Below are positions 52,950-64,000 of a DNA stretch of 64,000 bases, piece by piece (position 1 is the first letter of the stretch; the number at the start of each line of letters is the position of its first letter). Source of the stretch: Octopus sinensis (taxonomy: Eukaryota); NCBI RefSeq assembly GCF_006345805.1, contig NW_021835988.1, positions 1-64,000 on the forward strand. The letters are read 5' to 3'. The notes below the pieces were generated by a model. That model saw only the letters and a list, made by a program, of their open reading frames with translations. It was not told the DNA's origin and ran no database searches. Position numbers and translations under genes: made by a program.

Positions 52950-54000
52950 CATGTAACTGCTCCCAGCATTTGTTCACTCAAAAACAATATACTTATTAAC
53001 ATCATGTCCATCGTAAAGTTGATACTACCGAACATTGGCATTGTTGTCTTGTTTATAAATTAATTTGACGTTGAGACCTTAAAAGCACAGTCGTTCAACA
53101 TTTAAATTTTCGTCGCATCTCAATTTTCTGTTTTAAACATTTTTTCGTTTGCAATAATTAAATTTTATAATGCAATATCCTATGCCTCTGATAATTCGGT
53201 CAAATCAAAAGCTAAAAGTTGCTTCATTTCCCCCTCATCGATTTTTCCAGGATTTTTAACACCCATAAATATATAAAATGGGATTTTTTCTCAAAGAAAG
53301 AATAGTTTTCAACATTCCTTTTTAAAAATGATACATTTGGATAAATAAAAATTCTGGTTAATAAAATGAATAGTATTGTTGTAATCATTTACGATGTCTA
53401 TTTTGTATTCCCAATATTGTCCAAAACAATTTTGAGAAAAACTTGCCGACAATATCCAACGTTTTATGCTTTGATTAAATTTAGAAATCGAATTTAAATT
53501 ATTAATCTTTCGACTTGCGATAGTATCAAAGAGCACGAGGCCTCACAAGTATACCATATTTAATACATTGAGCATCTATTAGCAAATTGCAAAATTCTTT
53601 TTCAATATCAATGTGTAGAAAAAGCGATGGCCCGTAATACAAAATACTTTGGAATAAGTCTGTGATTTCTGCAGACGATTTGATCACTGACAGTTCAAAC
53701 ATTACATATTTTGAAAAAGAATTTCACAATTACCAAAATTTATTTTAGTAACATCAAATTCATACCCAGCTAAAGCCATCATTTATCGCCGAATATCTTT
53801 CGAGCTCAATTAAATTCGCAATGTATCTGTCTCTGCATCTTTTTGCAATGATTGGCGTAATAAGGAGCTTCGTAGACAATGATTTTTTCGGCTAAGAATA
53901 TTTACAGAAAGGAGTTATTACCTGACAAAAACCACAAAGCGATATTATCTTAGAAATTTCTTCTCTATTCAATTCATAATAGAGATTTCTTAATTTTGAA
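52950..54000 (-). mobile_element. Decayed relative of the 16.3-17.7 kb integrase gene
   Basis: RYIANLIELERYSAINDGFSW; KFNQSIKRWI; KQDNNANVR*YQLYDG. Confidence 0.75.
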
Positions 54001-54149
54001 AAAAGCAGTCTCTCCCAAAGTGGTTATAGTTATGTTCCGCCTAACTTTTATTTATTAAGTTGCGTCTCAACACAGTTTTAGAGAGTTGAGATCGGTTATT
54101 GATTTTCTAAGATCGAGAAAATTTTCAGAGAATAGTTGATCTTGAAAAG

Positions 54150-54620
54150 CACGCATTTTCTTTCATTTACTTCTAGCTCGAAGTGGCGGAGAGCAAGGAC
54201 AAGATTTAGAGGTCCCGGAAAATAGACTCAATGGATCCTCAAAAAAGAGTTTAGGGAGTGTAAGGCATCATCGACCGCGAGAGTGAAAATGAAAAGCCTG
54301 AGTGGGTCACCATGCTGAACTCCTGTCCGGGAACAGACGAGTTAGTTTCTGAAGATGTGCATACTTTCTTTGTCGCAGGAAAGGAAAACCAACTGGGCGA
54401 TCTCTAGAACCCTTTGAAGGCAAGCCTCAAGGCTACAATCTCTCCTTGTGCTATTAAAAATGTTGCATAAATTGAGCTTCACGGCTGTGTGGAGGGAGTT
54501 GAATTTCAAGCTAGAGAAGAAGACTTCTGGAAGCGTGAAGTGAGGCCTCGAAACCGTTGGCGATCCCCATCCAGAGTTGGAGAGAAGCAAATTCGGAGCT
54601 GAGGCAGTGGCATACACTCC
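54150..54620 (-). mobile_element. CRE RT fragment
   Basis: GVQHGDPLRLFIFTLAVDD; NIFNSTRRD. Confidence 0.75.
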
Positions 54621-55250
54621 TCACTGCCAATTTAGCAGTCAGAAGACGGAAATAGCTTGCAATCCCTATGCAACGAATCCCGTATTGTTTTGAAAACTGA
54701 ACAAACCGATTATTCATAATGTAATAATGTGACTCAAACACTCAGTAGTACTAAAAGTTTTAAAATGATTTACAGATGGCCTGGTCTTTAATAGGGGAAA
54801 CAGCACATTTGATTCAGATGCACCACACCACCAAATGTACGCCAATCAAAGTTATTGCAAAGTTGCTTTCAGACAACGTGGCGTTGTGAAAACTACCAAA
54901 ATGTTGATTCCCAGTCATGAACTCTAATCCTTTTCTTTTTTGACGACATTTAAAACTCTTGCAAGTATTCCATTCTCAAATACCTCTGAGTTGATAAAAC
55001 ATGTTGCGTCGATTGTAAGCCAGAACGAACCTATTTTATACCAGTCTTTATACGATGAAACCTAAATGAATTTCTGTGATCATTCCGTGCTTTCTGATAA
55101 TCAGCTTGAGAGTAAAATAAGGTAATTAAAATATCAAAGTGTTCTTTATGGACTTGCTCGCTTTTCTCTAGGTCAAATATTTCTTAGATCAAGTCAAGAT
55201 AAACAAAAATTCCATTTTCTCTAATATTCTAAAAGTAAAACTGACAAAGT
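54620..55250 (-). pseudogene. Cathepsin-L-like (papain C1A) pseudogene
   Basis: NRFVLAYN (I29-like); FDWRTFG..AVSPIKDQAICKS; FESHYYI..VQFSKQ; catalytic region has stops. Confidence 0.6.
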
Positions 55251-55389
55251 ATCCTCTCAATGACATCATTTATATTTCTATCGGTCAATTTAGGCTCATA
55301 TTGTCTGTAAAGAGTATACTGCACTGAGTACTTTATAGTGCGAGTGAAAAAAGGAGTCAGCCAAACATCTCATATCTCACTGGCTACCA

Positions 55390-55999
55390 TTTTTTATTCG
55401 TGAAAAATCGATATGTATTTGTTTTGTAAAATTCTGAGGTGATCAGTTCCTAGATTAGACAGTCTTCTGGACTTTTCAAACGGAAACTGTCCCTCAAACA
55501 GAATAAGTAATTTGTACTTGACAAAATGAGGAACAAAATCATGCTTATAGAGATTGGAATCACCTCTCAAAAAAAATTGAAGCAAGTCGAAGTGGAAAAG
55601 CTCCACAAGTACAACCTGCTTGCCAGTGAACTGGGATTAATCCACAAAGCCAAGGTAACCATAGTACCATTGGTACTAAAGTGGGATGGTGTTGTGAGTA
55701 AATACTATAAACATCATTGCGATACTATTGGTTTGGAAGAACTTACACGAGCTTACATCCAGTCGGTGGTTATCAAAAAAACATTGGAGAGTATGCGTGT
55801 AGAACACAAATTTGGAATGATCCCGCCAGAAAAATGCCAAACGACTCGTTTTACAAATGGAACAACGGAAGAGGCTCTGCCAAGTGAGGCCATTGAGTCG
55901 AACTTCAGAACGACCACAGAAGAGGCCAACCCTGTGAGATGGATGAGTGTGCCCATCGAAGAGATTGGCTTTAGCTCGAAGAGGAGGAGAATCGAGTAA
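55390..55999 (+). mobile_element. C-terminal RLE domain of an R4/NeSL-like retrotransposon (not the CRE family)
   Basis: KIMLIEIGITSQ..VEVEKLHKYNLLASEL..IVPLVLKWDGVV..YIQSVVIKKTLES. Confidence 0.7.
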
Positions 56000-58179
56000 G
56001 AGGACGCATTAATTAGTTCAATTGACAAATAATTAGTCTTTATTATTCAACTTTTCGATATAAAAATGCAATGATCATTTAATTGTCAAAATTATATTAC
56101 AATTTTCTAATCCAATTCCAAAAAATTTCACAAATTTCGTTAATTTGAACAAATACTACGCAATATATTATTTTTAACTGATTTGAATATTAATTTATTG
56201 AAAGCTACAAAAATTATTTCATGCTACATATAACTTTTATTTCATGTTTGTAAGCTGAATCTTCATTTATTAAAATTAAATACTATACAGAACTGTATTT
56301 TATACATAATTTTGTCATAGATTCATTTAAAAAATTCATTTATAGTTTAATAAAAGTATTCTAGATCTGGATATTGGGAAACTACAAAGATCTGGATATC
56401 GTTAGACACCTTTACCGTCTTTTGGGATTGCGATGAGTAGTAGATTTGTCAGTAATAAACTATTAAAGAATTTTTCATTAGGCGTAGTTTATATTTAATA
56501 TTTTATTTAATTTACAGTTATAACTAAAATTCAATAAAAATAGGATCACATGTTTAGTTTATCTTGTGTAGAGTTTGCTATCTCCACAGTGTCGATTATT
56601 TTGTCACTTCCATAACTGGCATATATTGTACGAATATTATAACTATATTCAAACATTCTATCATTTAATACAGCCGAAAACACAGCACTAATTTAACTTA
56701 GTGCCGCTAATATCGGCAAATATTATTGAACATTACTTTTATGTTCAACATTATGAGACGCTGTTAAATATTATGACTAAAAATTTCTTGAAAATGGTCA
56801 TACTATTGGGAGTGTTCAATTTTATTAAGGCGGAGTCCAATAATCTTACTAGAAATTTTTCAAGCTTATTTTTAAAAAGAAAATTTGTTTGTACATTAAA
56901 AGTTTGAATTCTTTTTAATTTTTCATGTAGTTTGGTGATATGAATCTTCATATTTTTGCTTCTTTCACGAGTGAAAGGTTTCAGCTAAATTTTTGTAGAT
57001 TGGAAAAGGTTTTCAGCTTTAAATTATGATTAAAAATGGATTTTAGCAGTTATCGATTTTATGGTAGGTTAGTAGGTTTATTCAGATTTGCATTTGTCAG
57101 ACCACATTTTCATAATTTTTCAAAAGAAGTATGCAACAATTTAAGATCGCATTTCTACCTACATGGACGTTGCAAAATTTTGCAATCGGATAATGGCTAA
57201 GAATTCAAAAATGTGTCTCTAAAAAATCTTTGTGAAGAGTTCAACATAGTTAGAGTTCACCGCTTATTCCTCGATATCTTTTGAAAGGACCATTTGGGTA
57301 AAGAAATGTACAGGGGATGTAAAACCACAAAGCTTATTACGTAAAAATGATGGTATCGAAGCAAATAGGTGGAATTTTTACCTTCATTGAATTATCGAAA
57401 AGAATGAAAACTTACTCTGTTCATGTCATCATTTGATAAAAATTATATAACGATAATGTGATGTTACACATTTCATGTATACATATGTCCAAAATAACAA
57501 ATTACAACTTTTCGTCGCAGGCAAAATGATGTGGAGTCTAAGCACTATAGTCAGGAATATGGCAAAGTGTGCTTTTATATTTATCCCATAACTCTCCATA
57601 AATCCACATCGGCGATGTCAACTGTGTCCAGAGTGTGGTTATCTTGACGATATTCTCTCCACGGGAGGTAATATGCAGGGATTATCATGGATTCACTTAA
57701 TGCTGCCTGCACTCAGTCGAATTGGCGGTGTTCCTCTCAATTTTCTCTTATTGGGGGAAATTAGGGATGTCTGCGCTGATTTACTCTCAGTCTTTTGATA
57801 ATTAAACCGTCTCTGCTTCACTAGTTGTATCAATTAGGACGCGATGACACACCAATTTCATTAAGTTTTAAATTTTCATGATTTTCCTAGTGTTTTTTCT
57901 CCCGCTTACACCACAAATTGCTAATGATCTTTATTTATTTTATCAATTTTGTCGAAAATCTCTTATATTGTGGAGCCATTCTTTTCATTGCTTAAATCAG
58001 TAGAAGATTACACTTATTGAATGTCCATAGTACTCCTCATGTTTGCAATGCGGTTGACCTATGATCGAAATTTGGGTGGAATCGTCCTCCAGGTTTGTCC
58101 AAGTGGGAGGGATGTGCAGTGCATGAATAAGTGATAAAAAAAACAAGTTCTACTCGTAGTAAAACTGCTGTCAAAAGCA

Positions 58180-61100
58180 TTAATAGGGGGGGCAGGCATA
58201 TATGTGAATTCTTCCATCAAGATCGGCGACAGCCAGATTGTTCTAACGTAGATAGATAAAGCAACATTTCCCTCGTAGAAAGCAATGCGAGTGTTCTTGG
58301 CGAATTTGATGCAACGCGTCTTTAAGAACTTCATGTGTCTACAATTTATAAACTGAATGGAGGAATCTTGACTAGAACTGAATATTATGACATCCTGATC
58401 AACCAGGCCAGCAGGTTAAATGTAGAATGATATGCAGAACATGAAATACTCACGGGAAATTTAAATTTGTCGACGCAGCGTGTGAGCTGAGAATCATAGG
58501 AGGAAATCTGTCCGTTCTGTTTTAAAACATAAGTATAAACACATACAGTACACACATCAATGGGATGACATGGGAAGAGTCAAATACAATCAACGAGACA
58601 GGAGAATCCCCCACTTTCTTGATTTTGGAGGGCCAAGAACTAATTTATGACAGCAAACGTGGTAAATTTGGTGCGCAAGTCATATAACAGCATATTGCCC
58701 GTGGAAGTGCCAACAACGAGAGTTTTAGTCCCAAATTCGTCAAAAGCCATGCAAGTGACGAGACAGTGAGCAACATCCAAATTCTACTCGCACTGCCAGA
58801 CAAACGACAACCTCGTGAAAAAGTTCAGTCTCCAGATTCCACATTGAAATGCTTTGTTTATGAGAGATGGCCAGTAAACCACACGACTGACTCCAGGATG
58901 AAAGAACATTCATTTCCTCGCCTACAAACAAACAAGTACAACTCGAGGCAGCCATCCATGACCGGACGCGCTCATAAGTGGGGTTGCCGCGATATACACA
59001 AACAATGTGGTTATCTGACTACATTAATGCAATGCACTGACGAGATATTGTCAGCAAGTGGGCATTGTCGTGCTCGTTTATAATTTCCAAACAAGAAATG
59101 TCTGATTCCGAGGATATTATGTGGTTCAGTGCTCCCTTCCTGTCCATCACACTACCCCAATGAACAAGTGAGGTATACCTAATTTCAGTCCCATCGTACA
59201 CTATGAATAGTTCTGACGTGAATTTGTTGTATTTTAACAATATACGACACTCCTTTGTCACGGACAGCGTCAACGATTTAGTTTTCTTGAAAGAGGAATA
59301 ATCTGCCCATCAGAAACCTCAGTAATACCGTCAAAAATACAATTCTGGAATTTAAAGGACAAGAAAGATCTGATTTGGTGTTCTTTATCTTTATTGCACA
59401 AACGACATTGGTTGATTAAGGACGCGGTGTTGAAGCTGGGGCGGACAAACTCGTCAATAAGTTTATCGAACAAGTCCAATTTTTGAGAGACACGATTGAA
59501 TTCGGTTTTGACGGACTTAATAAGCATTAAGCGTACCTCCGGGTTGGTCATCGAGTTTTCATAGAGGGAGACAATGGCGAGTATAATTTCCGTTTCGGGG
59601 GTGGTTGTTTGAGGAAAATTAAGTTTCTTCCCAAATTCTAGGCATTTCTTCAAAAAGTAAAAAATCAATCCCCGTCGATCTGGATCTTCCGAGGGAGCTA
59701 GGAAACAAGGAAGATAGGCGATGAGTATTCCACCCACCAAGAATAATGACTCCTACAACTCCTAATGAAGCACATACAAGTTGATTGAGGAAACAAATTT
59801 CTTTATAGTAGACAGTCCGAGCAGTATCGACTGCCTTGTTGAGAGATTGGAGTGTGTTTAGACACATGTCCGCCCGCGAGTCGCAGTCAACCAGAATTGA
59901 TCGAATGGAGTACATCGCCACTGACCTGATCTTGTCGTAATTCACCACGATATACCAGAAAACAGGAATCCTTCACGAGCTGACAAAGTTGGTAGATCGC
60001 ATCCAATTTGAGGGCGACTGATTGACGGTATTTGCTTTTCTGGCATATCTAAAGTGAGTTTGACAGTAAACACTTTGGCGAGCAAGAAGAGGTATACCAA
60101 CAAATATTGGCGATCGGCGGATCGTAAATAGTCGAGGCACACGTCGATTACATCCCTGGCATTAATGAAATACTACAGTCACGAGGAGGGGCTAACCTGG
60201 TTGGAGGGCATGGCACTTGCCAAAATAGCCAGGAAATAGGCCGAATATGCCCTGATTTCCGGGGAGGAGGCACCACGCAAATTGCAAATAAAAAGCTTGT
60301 AGAAATCGTCATTCATGCAGGCCTGGCGCGTTTTCTAAAGGAAATAATAAGTGAGAGAGTGCATTATCCGCTCTGAGCAGTTTTCCCCAAATATAAAATA
60401 GTTTTCTCTGCAGCTCATTCTCTGCCACCGGCAATAAGTGGATGAGATAACTGGAAAACCCCACGGCCACCACCTCACAAGTAGGGAAAATAACAACCTT
60501 ATGAACTTGCTCCTCGCCCATTGTCTCGACGTAGTCTGCAAGAGCACAGATAGCCCGAGTGCGGTTGGTTTGAACCAAAATGGCCCGCAATGTCAGAAAT
60601 GTGCAAACCTGGAGCATTGCCGGCAACAGTTGTCCGTTGTTTCGGTGAAGTTGAGTGTAAGCCTGGAACGACGTGATCACTTTATCAAAAAAATCATTCC
60701 CAATGGTTATCCCTTCGGAACTTTCTCCCTCTTTTAGGAAAGAGATTGCTTCGTCGAGGACAGAGTGCCAGAGATTCCACAGGTTGTGAGTTTTGGTGTA
60801 GGGGAGTGAGGGGACTGAGACAGGGTGGGCATCCAGACAGCCCAGAATGTGAGTGGCCAGCATATAATTCCTAAATAGACAGGAGGAGAGAATATCCCCT
60901 CTGAACAATTTGGTGAACTGGGCTGAATTGAATCCCCACGGCAACCTGGAGGAAGAAGGTCGAATGCAATGCAGTCTTGAATGGCCGTGAGAATCCACTG
61001 CAGTTGTCGTGCAGAGTCTTCCGGTCTTTCGGGCTGCCGGCCAGTCTATGTGAGTGAAGTGAATGCAATACTCGACTGGCAGGAACTCCCCCTGGGACGG

Positions 61101-61907
61101 GTGCCTGCTCCACATTTGACTAATAATGGGAAGCGAGGTCGTACAAATTGAGGGACAGCAGCACTGGCGATAAAAGACAGCACGTGAACAAGTCGGCGGG
61201 GAGTCCCTCAGCGCGAGGAAGTGACTCGCCGTGTGAGCAAGCAGCGAAATGAATAAACTCCTTATCAGGGAATGAGTTCTGAATGGGCCAGGAGGACTAA
61301 CCTGGAAACGACTGACGATGGTGGCTGCAGATGACGTGTCGAATATGAAAATGGACGGGGCCTTGAGGTGTTCCACCATCAGCTCGTTGTCCACCTCGAC
61401 CATCCGCCCCCTGTCGACGACCCACATCTTGTCAGAGGGAGGCAGATTAACTCCACAGTAGTGGAAGACTGCCCAGTTGTCCTAATGCGTCTGCATTGCC
61501 CCAATCACCCCAATGTGCTTCCTCGACTCTGCGCATTTGTTGAGGAGTGACGGCAGGTCAGGATTAGTCAGGGCCTCGAATACTGTCCCTCTGTTGTCGA
61601 GAGTCCGGTAGAGTCCTTTCAGTCTCTTGGCAATATCTCTGAAGGTGTAGAACGGGAATCTCACACGGACATCTGCAGTGTGGTGGGCAGATTAACCAAT
61701 CCAAGTGAAGAGGGGGCAGATATCTATGACTAGTTCGTTCAGCTCGTCCTCCCTGTCAATGTCGTGATTGAGCACTGCGATGACGCTCAGAGTTCTTCTC
61801 TGTTGATAATATTACATTCCCACCTGCTCAGAGTGGCCACTCTCACGAATTACAGTCTCCTTCCATAGTTCTACTATGTAATTCACATATGACTCCACAA
61901 TGTTCAT
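58180..61907 (-). CDS. RPTOR: Raptor (regulatory-associated protein of mTOR), divergent and compact
   Basis: RRTLSV..FTWID; AVFHYCG; PSIFIFDTSSA; FTKLFRGDILSSCLFRNYMLA..PVSVPSLP..HNLWNLW; WD40 LEIINEHDNAHLL, WSQSCGLL, LAVADLDGRIHIY; 23-27-nt introns. Confidence 0.92.
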
Positions 61908-62943
61908 TTATTTATAACATTCTAATTATTTATTATTTAAGACAGTAGAAAAGTCTCAAGAAATAAGTGCCGTCAGATGCAGGCAACTCAAAGACAGTTT
62001 GGGCGAATTGAGATCACTTACAGAGAAAGATGAATAAACTAATATTGTTTCTTCGAGTGCTGCACATGCGGGTGTTGCACATGCGGGGATATAAACAAAG
62101 TGCCATAAGACAAGTCTCCATTCCTCACCAGACGGAGATAACTAAACTCAAACCAAATGGGCATTTCACTGGTGGATCTGACATGGTAGGTTCGTAACTT
62201 TCAGGACCGCGTCAAGTTATAATAATTGCAGAGCAGAAGATGGAGAGACCTCAGCATCTGGTTATGCCTTCATGTGTAATCATGGTAAAGCATACTCCCG
62301 CACTCCGTGACTCTCGTCTTTTACCGTGATTACACTGTTTCCGTTGACTATTAAAAAATTCCTATCCCGCCAATATGAGAATAATTCTTCTGGTTGGGAG
62401 AGTTATTCTGCCACGTTGACGACGATAATAGTCACTGTGTGGGTTTTCCAGGCAGCAAAAAAGAGTCTTGTGAAGACTTTAAAGTATTTATTAGGGATTC
62501 CCTCTGAAGTTTGATCAATTCCTTCACATTAATTTGAATGGCACTTGGACCATACTTGCCGACACGTAGCTTTTGTGGTCCCAAGGTGTGCACCACGCGC
62601 TTTTTTAACAGCAAAGAGGGCAGCCTTCCTTTGGGATACACTTGACTCACTCCACAAAGTGTCGTCCATCTTGGTAAGAATTCTTTTACTTAAGTAGACA
62701 ATGTTAGTTATTCCACGTCCTAGCTGTTCGCAAGACAAGTATAATCTCTATTTTTTGTCAACACAATAAGGTCTATTTCATCACACTCACTTGGCTTGAA
62801 TTCGATCATACCAATGTAGTAGTTTAGGGAATCGGCTCCTGCAGTGAGAAGGATGGGCAAAGAATAATCCTCAACCCAGCATGTGGACATGACCGAATTG
62901 ACATGCGACTAGGATAATGCGCAAGTTGGCAACCATTGGAGTA

Positions 62944-64000
62944 CAGTACGACCCCGGTTTGGGGCAGACCCCATGGGTGGGGCACCCTCGGGTTTTGGGG
63001 CACCCCCGCTTTTAGGGGCAGTTTTTGAAAACAGTAAATTTTTCATTCTATTATTTATTTTTGATGACCCCGGTTTGGGGCACTTATTTAATTTATTTAA
63101 TTACAAAATGTTAGTTTATTTATTAATTATTAATTAATACTATTATTTCACGTGTTTATTTTGACTTTAGTATGGTTCGTAAAAAGAATTCAAAGATTAA
63201 TTATGAAACAAAAATTAAAATCGCTAAAGATATAAAACATGGTCAATTTTCAGAAAGAGATCTTGCTAAAAAGTATAAAACGAGCAAAGGTATCTTTTTT
63301 AACTAATTATTAATTACAGGTACTATTTCTCGCATTAAACAAAATTTTGTTTATTATTTTGACGCGGGATTAACTGAATCCGATAGAATCAAGGAATCAC
63401 ATGATCCAAATAATGAATTAGATAGATTAGTTTTTGAAACTTTTCTACGTCTGAGAGATGAATTTCTTCCAATTTCTGGAACTATCTTAAAACTGATTGC
63501 AAAAAAATTATCTAAAAAGATAAATTATGAATCATTTAAGGCATCAAATGGATGGCTAGACCGGTTCAAGAAAAGACACGAGTTGCTATTTAAAACTATA
63601 AGTGGAGAAAAGAATTCATCTGACCTTTCTACGGTTTCCAATTTTTTTGCTGATTATGACAACTGTTTGGAAACTGTAGGAAGTGAAAATATTTTTAACT
63701 GTGATGAAACAGCTTTATACATAAAGCGAACGCCGTCGAAATCTTTTGTTCAATTTAATGACAAATGCAATGGAATTAAAATGAGCAAAGAGAAAGTTAC
63801 CCTTCTCCTTTGTTGTAATGCACTTGGTGAAAAGTTAAAACCTCTATTAATTGGAAAATTCAAATCTCCTAGGTGTTTAAAAAATTTTAACGCAGAGGAT
63901 CACGGAGTACTATATGCTGCATCAAAAAATTCGTGGATGACTAGTGATATTTTTGGGAAATGGTTATGGAAAGTAAATCAAGATATGATCAATGAAAAGA
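62944..64000 (+). mobile_element. pogo/Tigger DNA transposon, left part (runs off the window)
   Basis: TA|CAGTACG terminus; repeated (c)ggtttggggca-like subterminal motifs at 62955-63020 and 63070-63082. Confidence 0.9.
63172..64000 (+). CDS. Tigger/pogo transposase (HTH, CENP-B HTH, DDE_1), open to the window end
   Basis: FKASNGWLDRFKKRH; IFNCDETAL; KEKVTLLLCCNALGEKLKPLLIGK; NSWMTSDIF; 30-nt intron at 63290-63319. Confidence 0.9.

Noticed and set aside
62000-62930. Gypsy integrase-like remnant (GAHLGTTK)
   Set aside because: Single short motif with heavily broken frames; not supportable.
1-64000. rRNA, tRNA or CRISPR arrays
   Set aside because: None recognised by eye; tRNAscan/Infernal would be needed to exclude small RNAs.

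Overview
Eukaryotic, AT-rich nuclear DNA from a highly derived animal. It has a DysF-type ferlin and LGR-like LRR exons, and its introns are mostly 20-30 nt GT-AG, many at the same positions as in human orthologues as I recall them; a dicyemid-like reduced parasite is the best guess but is unproven. Recognisable host genes, all on the minus strand: NDUFA13-like, KPNB1 (importin-beta1), RBSN (rabenosyn-5), a type-I ferlin and RPTOR. There is also a UBAP2-like UBA gene and degenerate 14-3-3-, Ras-, cathepsin-L- and LGR-like sequences. The rest is a dense mix of transposons: CRE-clade RLE retrotransposons (one full-length copy with a PHD finger), RTE and I/Jockey-type LINEs, hAT, Tc1, pogo/Tigger, intron-containing rve-integrase (Ginger/KRBA2-like) elements and MITEs. 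The most unusual signal is a GC-rich island covering KPNB1. Its plus strand is strongly G-rich on the left and C-rich on the right, flipping at about 28.3-28.55 kb inside the gene; introns, codons and amino acids all follow the flip, and weaker copies of the pattern occur in other genes. Two other highlights: an rve-integrase element with GGCC-ended TIRs and a 13-bp flanking direct repeat, and a hAT insertion in the ferlin tail-anchor exon that could be spliced out in frame. Many 1-nt frameshifts lie in homopolymers and are probably assembly errors. All calls are by eye; no searches were run.
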